Assembly (NCBI GenBank): GCA_965207065.1
Contig: OZ242260.1
Span: 2,432,001 to 2,496,000, forward strand
Length of the DNA stretch: 64,000 nucleotides
Direction of reading: 5' to 3'
Source: a bacterium
GTDB lineage: Bacteria; UBA8248
Under the pieces are notes generated by a model that saw only the letters and a list, made by a program, of their open reading frames with translations, made no database searches and was not told the origin of the DNA. Below, in pieces: positions 23,882 to 33,523 of the stretch. Position 1 is the stretch's first letter. Every line of letters starts with the position of its first letter. The translations under genes were made by a program, and so were the position numbers.

Positions 23882-24024
23882 CGTCATTCCGGCGAAAGCC
23901 GGAATCCATTCTAATGCAGAATGACGATGTTCCGGCTTTTCATCTCCCCGTCATTGGCGGGAACCAATCAGAAAAGAAAAAAACAAAGGCAAACAAATGG
24001 ATTCCGGCTTTCGCCGGAATGACG
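23882..24024. repeat. Inverted pair of CGTC-type REP-like palindromes
   Basis: CGTCATTCCGGCGAAAGCCGGAATCCA (23882-23908) and its exact reverse complement (23998-24024). Confidence 0.85.
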
Positions 24025-24053
24025 ATGCGTTTGCTTGGTCGATAAACAAGAAT

Positions 24054-24081
24054 GTAGGGACAGGTCGCGACCTGTCCCTAC
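24054..24081. repeat. 28-bp perfect palindrome, GTAG-type REP-like (copy 1 of 3)
   Basis: GTAGGGACAGGTCGCGACCTGTCCCTAC; identical copies at 36981 and 46206. Confidence 0.9.
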
Positions 24082-24380
24082 CAAAACATAATCGCTCGCT
24101 CCTCGGAGGGGGGACGACACCGGAATGACGAACAAAACTGTATTCACACGTAGCCGGGCGGCCCCCTATCGCCGCCCGTATCGGATATGTCCATCCCTGT
24201 GGTTGCGCTTCACAGGGGCAGGCACGGGAGCAGGACAACCCCTCATCGGGGTTGTCACTACGGTCTTTATATATGGTTGTAGCGCAAGGGCCGTTCGCGA
24301 ACGTGGGGCGTTCATAAACGCCCCGCCCCGGAGAAACAAGCGTTTCACGAAGCACACACACGCCATCCGCAGGCGTCGCC

Positions 24381-25304
24381 TCAGGATGCCATTTCCCATT
24401 CGGGGATGCCTGCGTGGAGGAGTTGCCCCGGCAACTGGCGATCCAGGATTTTCTCCGCGTGGGCGACGGCTTCCAGGAGTTTCGGCAGGTCGACCCCGGT
24501 ATCGACCCCCATCTCGTGCAGCATGTTGATCGTGTCCTCGCTCGAGATGTTGCCTGTGGCGCGTGGGGCGAAGGGGCAGCCGCCCAGGCCGCCGATGGAG
24601 GTGTCGAACGTATCGACGCCGACTTCCAGACCCGCAAGCAGGTTGGCGAGGCCGGCTCCCCTCGTGTTGTGGAGGTGGAGCGCGTAGCGGACGGAGGGGA
24701 ATTTGTCGCGGATGTGATTGGTGAGCCTCTTGATTTCGGCCGGGTTCGACATGCCCACGGTGTCGGCCAGGCCGATCTCCGCACAGCCCATGTCCACGTA
24801 TTCGCCGACCACCCACTCGACGTCCTCGTAGGAGATGCGCCCCTCATACGGGCAGCCGAAGGTGGCGACCACGCCGCCCCTGAGCTTGAGCCCCGCATCC
24901 AGCGCCATCCTGGCCACTTCGCGGGCGACGCCGAGCATTTCCTCCCGGCTCGCGCGGATGTTCTTCAGGTTGAACGTCTCGCTGGCGGCGACGAACAGCA
25001 TGACGCCGTCCAGATCGCATTCGAGCGCGCGCTCCATGCCCCGGACATTGGGGACCAGGGCTTCGTACTCGGCGTGGGGGCTGCGCTTGCAACCCGCCAG
25101 CACCTCCTGCGCGTCCCGAAGCTGCGGGACGTGTTTGGGGCTCACGAAACTCGTCACCTCGATGCGGCGGACGCCCGCGTCGGTGATGGTGTCCAGAAGC
25201 CTTATCTTGTCCTCGGGCGTGATGTACTGCTTTTCGTTCTGGAGGCCGTCCCGCGTGCCTACCTCGACGATATCGACCTTCGTGGGGAGACTCATCGCAT
25301 TCAT
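24381..25304 (-). CDS. Hydroxymethylglutaryl-CoA lyase-like protein (DRE-TIM family)
   Basis: EVGTRDGLQNE, LADTVG, HLHNTRG, GGLGGCPFAPRATGN. Confidence 0.9.
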   Translation of the reverse strand: MNAMSLPTKVDIVEVGTRDGLQNEKQYITPEDKIRLLDTITDAGVRRIEVTSFVSPKHVPQLRDAQEVLAGCKRSPHAEYEALVPNVRGMERALECDLDGVMLFVAASETFNLKNIRASREEMLGVAREVARMALDAGLKLRGGVVATFGCPYEGRISYEDVEWVVGEYVDMGCAEIGLADTVGMSNPAEIKRLTNHIRDKFPSVRYALHLHNTRGAGLANLLAGLEVGVDTFDTSIGGLGGCPFAPRATGNISSEDTINMLHEMGVDTGVDLPKLLEAVAHAEKILDRQLPGQLLHAGIPEWEMAS

Positions 25305-25334
25305 TCTCCTGCGTAAGTTAAAGGTTTGATTCCG

Positions 25335-26438
25335 CTATACGGCATCCCTCGCCATCTTCTCGACACGCGCGGGGATGCCTTTGGCTCCGTGTCCGGCCGC
25401 ATCCGCCAGCGTGAACTCGCCGCCCGAAATGGAGTGGCTCCACTCGGCGTAAGGTTCCTCATTAAGCAGATGGGCGAGTTCTTGCGCCCTGTCCGCGGTC
25501 TCGAGCGAGAGGGCGAGGGCGAAGCCCGCCGATTTGGCGATGTAGGATTCATAGGGAGAGCTGAGCAGGGCGGGCTTGCCTGCGCCGTCGAACACCCGCG
25601 CCACCTCCCAGGCGTTCCGGGGACCGCCGAATTTCGCGATCTTGATGACGGCGACGTCAACGGCATCCGCGTCGACGAGGCGGCGCGCGTCGTCGATGGA
25701 GAAGAGCGATTCATCCAGGGCGACCTGCATCCCCCGGGCGCGGATTTCCCTGAACACGTCGAGGCATTTTTCTTCTGAGGGAAGCACGGGCTGCTCGAAG
25801 TGCTCGAGGCCGATCGCGATCATCCTGTCCGTGAAGCGCAGGGCCTCCTCGGGCGTGAACCCGCCATTGGCATCCGTCCTCAGCTTGATGCCGGGTCCGA
25901 ACCGCTCGCGCAGCCTTTCGATGCGCTCGGCGTCCGCCTCCATATCGACGCCCGATTTCACCTTGAGGGTCCTGACTCCTTGCGCCACGAGCGGTTCGGC
26001 CTTCCTGACGGCTTCATCGGGAGGGAGGAGGCCGATGGGGGCGTCGAGCGTGACGGCGTTTCTCTTGTGCCCGCCGAAGACCTGTGAGAAGGGCGCCTGG
26101 CTGGTTTTGGTGGACAGGTCGACCGCGGCGATTTCGAGAGCGGTGCGCGCGGCGCCCATTCCCTTGAAATCCACCGTCTCATCGAACGCGGCGAGCAGCT
26201 CATCCGCTTCCATTCCCCGTATGCGGGGGGCGGATTCGCGGAGTACGGCCGCCATCTCCGAGCCGGTATCTTTGGTGATGTACATCAGAGGCGCCGCCTC
26301 GCCCCAGCCTTCCAATCCTTCGTCGTTCGTTAGGCGGACCACGACGCGCTCAAGCAAAGACGCGCCCCCGTAGCGGTTCCTGGATCCCTGATCGACTTCC
26401 ACGGCGGTATCCCAGACCGTTATCTCCTGAATCGGCAT
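25335..26438 (-). CDS. Mandelate racemase/muconate lactonizing enzyme family protein (epimerase/cycloisomerase-like)
   Basis: GWGEA, KVKSG, DANGG, EQP, DES, KIAKFGG; start chosen at MPIQE after AGGAG. Confidence 0.85.
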   Translation of the reverse strand: MPIQEITVWDTAVEVDQGSRNRYGGASLLERVVVRLTNDEGLEGWGEAAPLMYITKDTGSEMAAVLRESAPRIRGMEADELLAAFDETVDFKGMGAARTALEIAAVDLSTKTSQAPFSQVFGGHKRNAVTLDAPIGLLPPDEAVRKAEPLVAQGVRTLKVKSGVDMEADAERIERLRERFGPGIKLRTDANGGFTPEEALRFTDRMIAIGLEHFEQPVLPSEEKCLDVFREIRARGMQVALDESLFSIDDARRLVDADAVDVAVIKIAKFGGPRNAWEVARVFDGAGKPALLSSPYESYIAKSAGFALALSLETADRAQELAHLLNEEPYAEWSHSISGGEFTLADAAGHGAKGIPARVEKMARDAV

Positions 26439-26484
26439 GAACGTATCTCCTGTGTGAACGGAAGGCCGGGGCCTTGTTGATTGA

Positions 26485-26809
26485 GGGGTTTTTGAAAAAG
26501 CCTTTACTCTTATGATTCGGGGTATGTAGCCGACCGGGTAGGGCGTTCGACTCTGATTTGTAGGAGTCGCATATATGCGACCCATGCGGACGAACCAAAA
26601 CCACGCTCATGGCAATATCCCCCCGCCCGAATCGCGTCCATGACCCCCAAAGGGCGGATATCAAATCATGGGTCGCATATATGCGACCCCTACATCCCTC
26701 TCTCGTTATTTCCGCCCAATCGGGTCTGACACCGGAATGACGGCGGTGATGAATTCCGACCTGTCCCTACAAAACCATCGCACTCCCAACGAGGACTTTT
26801 TCATCGGGC
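26485..26809. mobile_element. Degenerate MITE-like element carrying a REP doublet
   Basis: Left GGGGTTTTTGAAAAAGCC, right GGACTTTTTCATCGGGC; inside lie an inverted GTAG-GTCGCATATATGCGAC pair (26560-26693) and half of the 28-bp palindrome (26757-26770). Confidence 0.5.
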
Positions 26810-26904
26810 ATTCCCCTTGGGATACCCGACCCCTCAAGGGGGGAGGGATTGTGTTATCTCCTCCCTCATCCGCACTCCGCCCCTTCGTCTCCTTCCGGCA
26901 ACGC

Positions 26905-27426
26905 TCATTCGGGCGCATAGATCCGGATGTCCGGCAGGGTGCGGTATGCCTCGTCGCAGTCAAGCCCGTAGCCGACCACGAAATGATTGTCGATGGTGAA
27001 GCCCACGTGGTCCGCGTGGATATCGACTTCTCTCCTCTCCGGCTTGTCCATCAACACGCACGTCCTGAGAGAGGCGGGGCGCTTATCTCCAAGAATATCC
27101 AGGGTTTTCGAGAACGTGTGCCCCGTATCGAGAATGTCGTCGATGAGCAGGACGTTCCGCCCCTCGATGTCGCCCAGGTGCCTGGCGTCGATCTCCACGC
27201 GGCCCGTGCTTTGCGTTCCTTCCCCGTAGCTCGAGGCCGTGAGGAAGCCGAGCGTGGTGTTGCGCTCAAGGGCGCGGGCGAGGTCGACGCCGAAGATAAT
27301 CGCGCCTTTCAGTATCATGACGACGTGAACCGGCCCGTCGGGCTGCACCGCGTTGATCTCGGCGGCGAGTTCGGAAAGACGGCTCTGTATGTCCGCTTCC
27401 GGTATCAGTATATCGGTTGCAGGCAT
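26905..27426 (-). CDS. hpt: Hypoxanthine phosphoribosyltransferase
   Basis: ILKGAIIF, SSYG, VLLIDDILDTGHT PRPP loop, FVVGYGLD. Confidence 0.92.
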   Translation of the reverse strand: MPATDILIPEADIQSRLSELAAEINAVQPDGPVHVVMILKGAIIFGVDLARALERNTTLGFLTASSYGEGTQSTGRVEIDARHLGDIEGRNVLLIDDILDTGHTFSKTLDILGDKRPASLRTCVLMDKPERREVDIHADHVGFTIDNHFVVGYGLDCDEAYRTLPDIRIYAPE

Positions 27427-27429
27427 CGT

Positions 27430-28572
27430 CTACTCGAGCACGGCCAGCAGAAGACGCTTCAGGTCCTCCTGGGTCGAGGGGACCGGATTCGTGTTGACCT
27501 GGTGGCTTTCCGCCGCGTCTTTTGCCAGTACGTCCAAATCCTCGTTCACGACGTCCGCTTCTCTCAGGCTGCCCGGTATGCCGATATCCGTGTTGAGTTC
27601 GCGGATGGCGTCTATCGCCGCCTCGGCCGTATGTGGAGCGCCTTCTTTGAGCAAGGGCGCCATACGCGCGTAGGCCTCCCGCATGACGGGGAGGTTGAAT
27701 TCCATGACGGGCGGCAGGAAGATGCCGTTCGCCGTGCCGTGATGCAGCCCGTGGTAGGCGCCGAGCGGATGCGCGAGCGAGTGCACGATGCCGAGGCCCG
27801 TGTTGGTGAACGCGCGTCCCGCCAGCATGGCCGCGAGCGATATGCCGTCGGCGGCTTCCGGATCCGAGGGGTCGTCCACGTAGGCTCTGCCGTGCTTTCC
27901 GATATAGGTGATCGACTGAAACGCAATCGCCTCCGTCCAGGGGTTGGAGGCGGGCGAGCCGACCGATTCGATGGCGTGGGTCAGGGCGTCCATCATCGCG
28001 CCGGCGGCGATGTGGGAGGGGAGCTTGGCCAGGAGCGCCGAATCGACGACCGCGAGTTTCGCGAAGAGCGAGTCGTCCGCCAGGACGGTTTTGATCATGA
28101 GCTTCATGTCCGTGACGATGGAGCTCATGGTGACTTCGCTGCCCGTGCCCGCCGTGGTGGGAACGGTGATGAGCGGCGGGCCGGGTTTCGTGGCTTTGCC
28201 GCGACCGTAGTAGTCGCTCGGAACGCCGCCGTTCGCGACGATGGCCAGCGTCGCCTTGGCGGTGTCCATCGTGCTGCCGCCGCCTGCGGCGATGAAGCCG
28301 TCGCACCCGTTATTGTTGAAGAACTCGCGGGCCGCGAGGATGCTGGCGTCCGAGGGATTCGCCTCGGCCTGATCGTAGAACTGGTAGTCGATAGAGTCGT
28401 CTTCGAGGCCTTTGATGACCGAATCGAGCGCGCCGCTCGACGCGAGTCCCGGGTCGGTGACGAGCATCGGTCTGGCCATCCCCAGGCCCTTGGCTTCCTC
28501 TCCGACCTGGGTGGCTTCTCCGCGACCGAAGCGGACGCGCGGGCCGGATGCAATCTGAAACGCTTTCAACAT
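27430..28572 (-). CDS. Iron-containing alcohol dehydrogenase
   Basis: GGGSTMDTAK, PTTAGTGSEVT, DALTHAIE, HSLAHPLG, HHGTAN. Confidence 0.93.
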   Translation of the reverse strand: MLKAFQIASGPRVRFGRGEATQVGEEAKGLGMARPMLVTDPGLASSGALDSVIKGLEDDSIDYQFYDQAEANPSDASILAAREFFNNNGCDGFIAAGGGSTMDTAKATLAIVANGGVPSDYYGRGKATKPGPPLITVPTTAGTGSEVTMSSIVTDMKLMIKTVLADDSLFAKLAVVDSALLAKLPSHIAAGAMMDALTHAIESVGSPASNPWTEAIAFQSITYIGKHGRAYVDDPSDPEAADGISLAAMLAGRAFTNTGLGIVHSLAHPLGAYHGLHHGTANGIFLPPVMEFNLPVMREAYARMAPLLKEGAPHTAEAAIDAIRELNTDIGIPGSLREADVVNEDLDVLAKDAAESHQVNTNPVPSTQEDLKRLLLAVLE

Positions 28573-28602
28573 GAATACACTCCTTCGCTGCTCGTATGAG
28601 GA

Positions 28603-29223
28603 TTATTGGAATTTACGAAGCATGGATTCGTAATCTTTTTCCGTGTCGATGTCGAGAAAGATATCATCATTGGGCAGGTGGTGAAATACGATCGCCCCCG
28701 GAGATTCGTTTTCCAGTCTCCGGATGATGCCCCGGCCGCCCGCATCGCCGCTCGCATGCAGCAGTTCGTCTTTGAGATCGGCTGAGAACAGCGCGGGGTT
28801 TCCGCGCCTGCCCTTGAAGGCCGGCGCCGCGACCTGTGCTTCGGGCCGGGACCTCTCATAGAGGGAAATCACCTTGTTCACGATTTCCGGCGTCAGCAGG
28901 GGCTGATCGCCCAGGACGAACAGGTAGGCGTCGGTATCTTCAGGCGCGGCCTTGATTCCTGCGATCATGCTCGTGCTCTGCCCCTCGGCGTAGCGGGGGT
29001 TGTGTGTGAGGCGCACGTCGAGATCTTCCACGGCCTCTTTCACCATCGCCTCCTCATGGCCCGTCACGAGGATGACCACTGAAACCGCGCTCGCGAGCAC
29101 CGCCTTCGCCGTCCTGCGGATGACGGTCTCATCCCCGAGGGGCAGGAGGAGTTTGTTCCGCCCCAGGCGCTTCGAGAGGCCTGCGGCGAGCAGGATCGCC
29201 GTAATGCGGCGCGCGTCCGCCAT
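28603..29223 (-). CDS. MocA-like nucleotidyltransferase (molybdenum cofactor cytidylyltransferase family)
   Basis: LLAAGLSKRLGRNKLLL, LGDQP, RGNPALF, DIDT. Confidence 0.85.
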   Translation of the reverse strand: MADARRITAILLAAGLSKRLGRNKLLLPLGDETVIRRTAKAVLASAVSVVILVTGHEEAMVKEAVEDLDVRLTHNPRYAEGQSTSMIAGIKAAPEDTDAYLFVLGDQPLLTPEIVNKVISLYERSRPEAQVAAPAFKGRRGNPALFSADLKDELLHASGDAGGRGIIRRLENESPGAIVFHHLPNDDIFLDIDTEKDYESMLRKFQ

Positions 29224-29307
29224 GGGAGTTCTCCGAAAGCAAAAAAGGACTGGAGTCTGGTCGGCATGGTAAGGAGGCGTGCTTCCCCGTGTCAATTCCA
29301 GGTGGGC

Positions 29308-29468
29308 GGGGTTGTTGAGAAAGTCCGAGGAGGGAGTTCGTGGTTTTGTAGGGGCCGCATAAATGCGGCCCTTTTGGTGGGATATTGGTGCGGGGCGCAT
29401 ATATGCGCCCCCTACACACATTCACATCCGTCGAATCAAACTGCAGAGCCGGGACTTTTTTAACAGCC
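29308..29468. mobile_element. MITE-like element with terminal inverted repeats carrying a REP doublet
   Basis: GGGGTTGTTGAGAAAGTCC ... GGACTTTTTTAACAGCC; internal inverted GTAG-REP pair 29348-29415. Confidence 0.6.
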
Positions 29469-29536
29469 ACGACAAGGGGGGGTAGGGGGGGTTGGTTTTC
29501 AACAATTCATGGCGGGCGCGCCCTCAAGCCATTCCG

Positions 29537-29565
29537 TTGACAAGGCTTCACCCCGACTCTAATAT
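29537..29565 (+). promoter_or_regulatory. Sigma70-type promoter of the cyclase/ADH pair
   Basis: TTGACA-N17-TAATAT. Confidence 0.65.
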
Positions 29566-29723
29566 CAAAAGCGCTCAAAACCCACGAATTATCCCAGATG
29601 AAACCCGGAAACGGGCAAGTCGTTTCGCCGGTTTTGGCCTGATTCAACAGATATGCTTCATGCAGCGAATCGCAAGGATTCGAACAGTTCACCTATAGCG
29701 GAACATGCCGGAGGAGAATCACC

Positions 29724-30437
29724 ATGGCGTACAAGAATCACGAAATCGTTGACCTCTCACAAGACATCTACCAGGGACAGCCCGTGTTCGTGGGGCACCC
29801 CGAGACCTGGCGCTGGACGAACATGACGCACGAGGAAAGCGCCGCCAGCGGCCGCTTCAAGAGCGAGATGAGCTATTACTCGGGCATCATCCAGTTCTGC
29901 GAGCATGGCCCGACGCACGTGGATTCCATCAGCCATCTCGACCCCTCGCCCGACGCGCCGCACATCGACGAGATGAACTTCGATTCCTTCTACAGCCGGG
30001 GCATCGCGATTGATTTCGAGAACGTCGAGGACAACAGCTACATCGACGCGGACGACGTGAAGCGCAGGCTCGACCATTACAATTACGAGCTAAAGCCGGG
30101 CGATACGCTCCTCTACACGTACGGGCACTTCAAGCGCCACCATCCGACGCCGAAGTACACGACGGCCTACGCAGGCTGGACGCGCGAAGCGGCCGAGTAC
30201 GTCTACGGCGAGTGCGGGGCCATCAACGTGGGCACCGACGCCCCGAGCATGGACATGGCTTCCAGCCCCGACTATCCCTGCCACCTCGTTTGCCGCGAGC
30301 TGGGCCGCACGAACACGGAGAACCTGTGCAACATCGAGCTGGTGGTGGGCAAGGAGTTCCTCTACATCGGGCTTCCGCTCAAGATTACGGGCGGGTCGGG
30401 CTCGCCGATCCGGGCGATCGCCGTACTGAACGCCTGA
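29724..30437 (+). CDS. Cyclase family (kynurenine formamidase-like) metal-dependent hydrolase
   Basis: VDLS, EHGPTHVDSISH (HxGTHxDxPxH-like), GTDAPSMD, ENL, GSGSPIRAIA. Confidence 0.88.
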   Translation: MAYKNHEIVDLSQDIYQGQPVFVGHPETWRWTNMTHEESAASGRFKSEMSYYSGIIQFCEHGPTHVDSISHLDPSPDAPHIDEMNFDSFYSRGIAIDFENVEDNSYIDADDVKRRLDHYNYELKPGDTLLYTYGHFKRHHPTPKYTTAYAGWTREAAEYVYGECGAINVGTDAPSMDMASSPDYPCHLVCRELGRTNTENLCNIELVVGKEFLYIGLPLKITGGSGSPIRAIAVLNA

Positions 30438-30458
30438 TTCGGTTCATGCGAGGCGAAC

Positions 30459-31493
30459 ATGAAAGCCCTGGTGAAACAGGCGAAAGGGCCCGGCAACATG
30501 GCGCTATTGGACGTTGCGGAGCCTCACGCCGGTCCCGGTCAGGTGAAGGTGAAAATCGCCCACGCCGGCATCTGCGGCACGGACGTGCACATCGCCTCGG
30601 GCGAATTTTTTCACTATTTCCCGCCCCTGGTGCTGGGGCATGAGTTTTCGGGCGAAGTGGTGGAAACAGGTCCGGGCGTCGAGGGAATCCCTTTGGGCGC
30701 GCGGGTGACGGCCGAACCGACGAAGTCGACGTGCCGCGCCTGCCCGCACTGCATCTCGGGCCGCTACAACCGGTGCGAGGAGCGCGACATCGCGGGCGTG
30801 GTGAGCAACGGCGCGTTCACCGATTACGTGGTCACGCGGGCGGAGTCGATTCACCGCCTGCCCGAGGGCGTGAGTCTCAAGGCAGCCGCGCTCTCCGAAC
30901 CCCTAGCGGTCTGCGTTCACGGGGTGTGCGAGCAGTGCAGCGTGCGCGAGGGCGATTTCGTCCTCGTCATGGGGCCGGGCGCGATCGGCCTGGGCTGCGC
31001 CCAGGCGGCTCTCGCCCACGGCGCGCGGGTGATGGTGGCCGGGGCCGGTAAGGACGCGCACAGGCTGGCGCTCGCCAGCTCGCTCGGCGCGGAATGGACG
31101 GTGAACGTGGAGACCGAAAACGTCCTGGAACGGGCTCTCGCGGTCACGAACGGCTGGGGGGTCGACTTGGCGGTCGAGGCAGCGGGGGCTCCCGGTGCGC
31201 TCGGCGTTTGCGTCGAGGCGGTCAAGAAGGGCGGAGAAATCCTCCAGGTGGGCCTGCCCGGCGCGCCCGTTCCCGTCGATATGGACAGGCTGGCGTTCAA
31301 GGAGATCCGCCTGGTCGGCACGTTCGGGCAGAAGCGCTCCGCGTGGCTGCTGGCGCTCAAGTTACTGGAAGAGGGCAGGGTCGACGCCGAGGCGATGGTA
31401 TCTGATATGCTCGCGCTCGATGAGTGGGAGAGAGGATTCGACATCATGGCGCGCGGGGCCGGGCTGAAGGTGCTCCTGGCGCCCGACGGGTAG
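30459..31493 (+). CDS. Zinc-dependent (MDR) alcohol/polyol dehydrogenase
   Basis: GICGTD, GHEFSG, CxxCxxCxxxxxxxC structural Zn site, GPGAIG. Confidence 0.92.
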   Translation: MKALVKQAKGPGNMALLDVAEPHAGPGQVKVKIAHAGICGTDVHIASGEFFHYFPPLVLGHEFSGEVVETGPGVEGIPLGARVTAEPTKSTCRACPHCISGRYNRCEERDIAGVVSNGAFTDYVVTRAESIHRLPEGVSLKAAALSEPLAVCVHGVCEQCSVREGDFVLVMGPGAIGLGCAQAALAHGARVMVAGAGKDAHRLALASSLGAEWTVNVETENVLERALAVTNGWGVDLAVEAAGAPGALGVCVEAVKKGGEILQVGLPGAPVPVDMDRLAFKEIRLVGTFGQKRSAWLLALKLLEEGRVDAEAMVSDMLALDEWERGFDIMARGAGLKVLLAPDG

Positions 31494-31559
31494 GGGGTTT
31501 TGGGGAAGGCCAATGCAATCACGATTGACGCGAAGGGTGTGGCGAATGGAGTTGATTTT

Positions 31560-31625
31560 GTAGGGGTCGCATATATGCGACCCGACCAGGTTGCGATATG
31601 TGGGCCGCATATATGCGGCCCCTAC
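31560..31625. repeat. Inverted GTAG-REP doublet (REPIN-like)
   Basis: GTAGGGGTCGCATATATGCGACCC ... GGGCCGCATATATGCGGCCCCTAC. Confidence 0.85.
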
Positions 31626-31917
31626 ACACCCTTCGACAAGGCGGTATCCCGTCGCCGTCATACCGGCATTGCAGGGTTTTTCAACATTCCCTCCTTTATC
31701 GGTCGGGAATGACCCTCTAGGGGGGCGTGTACCTTGCTCTTTCGTTGGAAGATTCAATCCTCGTTCACCAGAGGCTTTTTCAACCGCCCCGATAGACGAG
31801 GGACGGAGAACAGCGGCGCTTTTCCGGGAGTCGCGGGGATACCACAACGACGCGGACCCGTTAAAAATGAGAGATATTCGGACTAACCAGGAGCGTTCAC
31901 TTTAGGGGATTTTTCAC

Positions 31918-32421
31918 ATGAGCATCGACGGAAAAGAATTCAGAACAGCCCTCGGCAGGTTCGCGACGGGCGTCACGGTCGTCACCGCGAAAACCGAAAC
32001 CGAAGCGCGGGGCATGACGGCGAACGCGTTTTCCTCCCTCTCGCTCGACCCGCCGCTCGTCCTGGTGTGTTACGACAACAAGGCGTCGAGCCTGAAGATG
32101 GTGCAGGATGCGAAGAAGTTCGCCATCAATTTCCTCTCGGAAGAGCAGAAGAGCACGTCGGACTGGTTCGCGGGCAAGGGCAGGGACGCGGAGGATCAGT
32201 TCGCCGACATCCCGCATGAAACCGGGGAGAACGGCTCGCCCGTGCTCACGGGGAACGTGGGCGTTCTGGAGTGCGACCTGCACGAGGAGCTTCCGGGCGG
32301 TGACCACACCATCGTCATCGGGCGCGTGACCCGCGTCCTGCTCGAAGAAGAGGTACGCGCGCCCCTTCTTTTCTACGGCAGCGCGTACCGGAAAATGGAT
32401 ATGGACGGTTCCTACGACTGA
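31918..32421 (+). CDS. Flavin reductase family protein (HpaC/RutF-like)
   Basis: FRTALGRFATGVTVVT, GMTANAFSSLSLDPPLV, GGDHTIVIG, PLLFY. Confidence 0.93.
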   Translation: MSIDGKEFRTALGRFATGVTVVTAKTETEARGMTANAFSSLSLDPPLVLVCYDNKASSLKMVQDAKKFAINFLSEEQKSTSDWFAGKGRDAEDQFADIPHETGENGSPVLTGNVGVLECDLHEELPGGDHTIVIGRVTRVLLEEEVRAPLLFYGSAYRKMDMDGSYD

Positions 32422-32457
32422 TCCCTGAACCCGGCCCTCATTTCGCAAGGAGTTCCC

Positions 32458-33219
32458 TTGGCTTCGTATCGCGCGGTTGCGTTCGACCTGTTCGACACGC
32501 TCGTTGATTTCGACATCTCCCTTTTCCCGGTGGCGGAGATAGACGGCAAGGAGGAGAAGACCACCTCGAAGGCGGCTTATGACGCGCTTTACGAGGGTGG
32601 ATTCCTCGTGCCGAATTACCAGGCCTTCCACCAGCTCTGGATCCAGAACTCGAAAGAGGTGTGGGGCGAGCGCAACAACGACCCCGAGCTCAAGGAGGTC
32701 CGCTCGATACATCGTTTCCGGCGCCTCATGGAACTTCTGGTGGCGATCCCCGCACAGGACAGGGAGCGGGCCGCCCTGACGGCCCTGAACGCCCACATGT
32801 ACGGCATCGAGAATTCCGTCGTCTTCGATACGGACCGCCTCGACGTGCTGGGAAGGATAAAAGAAGCCGGTTTGCCGATAGCGCTCCTGAGCAATTTCGA
32901 CCATGCCCCCACCGCGCGGCGGATTATCGATCAACGGGGCATCACGCCTTATATGGATTCTATTCTGATTTCAGAGGATGAGGGCTTCCGGAAACCCGCG
33001 GCGTCGCTTTTTCTAAAAGTGGCCGACGAACTGGGTGTTGCGGCTGCGGAAGTGCTCTTCGTGGGCGATACGTTCGATGCCGACGTTACGGGGCCGCAGA
33101 GCGTGGGCATGCCGTGCGCCTGGCTCAACAGAAAGGGAGCGCCCGTGCCGGAGGGTTGTAAGCCGCCCGATTTCGAGATTGAGGATTTGAGGGAGACGCT
33201 TACGATACTGGGGATTTAG
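32458..33219 (+). CDS. HAD-superfamily hydrolase
   Basis: FDLFDTL, LSN, RKP, FVGDTFDADV; TTG start after AGGAG. Confidence 0.9.
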   Translation: MASYRAVAFDLFDTLVDFDISLFPVAEIDGKEEKTTSKAAYDALYEGGFLVPNYQAFHQLWIQNSKEVWGERNNDPELKEVRSIHRFRRLMELLVAIPAQDRERAALTALNAHMYGIENSVVFDTDRLDVLGRIKEAGLPIALLSNFDHAPTARRIIDQRGITPYMDSILISEDEGFRKPAASLFLKVADELGVAAAEVLFVGDTFDADVTGPQSVGMPCAWLNRKGAPVPEGCKPPDFEIEDLRETLTILGI

Positions 33220-33227
33220 GGGATTTC

Positions 33228-33492
33228 GTAGGGACAGGCCCCCGTGCCTGTCCGAGGTCGGGGTGATTACGATGGATGGGCGGGCACGGTCGAACTTCCC
33301 TCTTCAGGAAGTTCGACGCCCCTACGGTCGTTATTCGAGAGGGCGTGTAGGTCGGACATATATGTCCGACATATATGCGACCCGCATCGTGAGGGCGAAA
33401 GGCAGGGCCGCATATATGTAGCGCTCCCAAGAAGGGAGCGTTACCTACAGTTGGAATCCCGACTGAATCGCAAGGACTTTTTCAACAGCCCC
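33228..33492. repeat. Cluster of degenerate GTAG-REP palindromes ending in a MITE-type right end
   Basis: GTAGGGACAGGC..GCCTGTCC, GTAGGTCGGACATATATGTCCGAC; GGACTTTTTCAACAGCCCC at 33474-33492. Confidence 0.65.
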
Positions 33493-33523
33493 TTCCAGGC
33501 CCTCCTAATATGAGGATATTCCC

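Noticed and set aside
23951-24380. ORFs running through the repeat-rich spacer (and N-terminal extensions of 25335-26585 and 28603-29421)
   Set aside because: They translate REP/MITE sequence (e.g. GRIYATP, CRDRSRPVP); better RBS-linked starts exist downstream.
26668-28599. 643-aa plus-strand ORF
   Set aside because: Antisense shadow of hpt and the Fe-ADH, starting inside a REP; no motifs.
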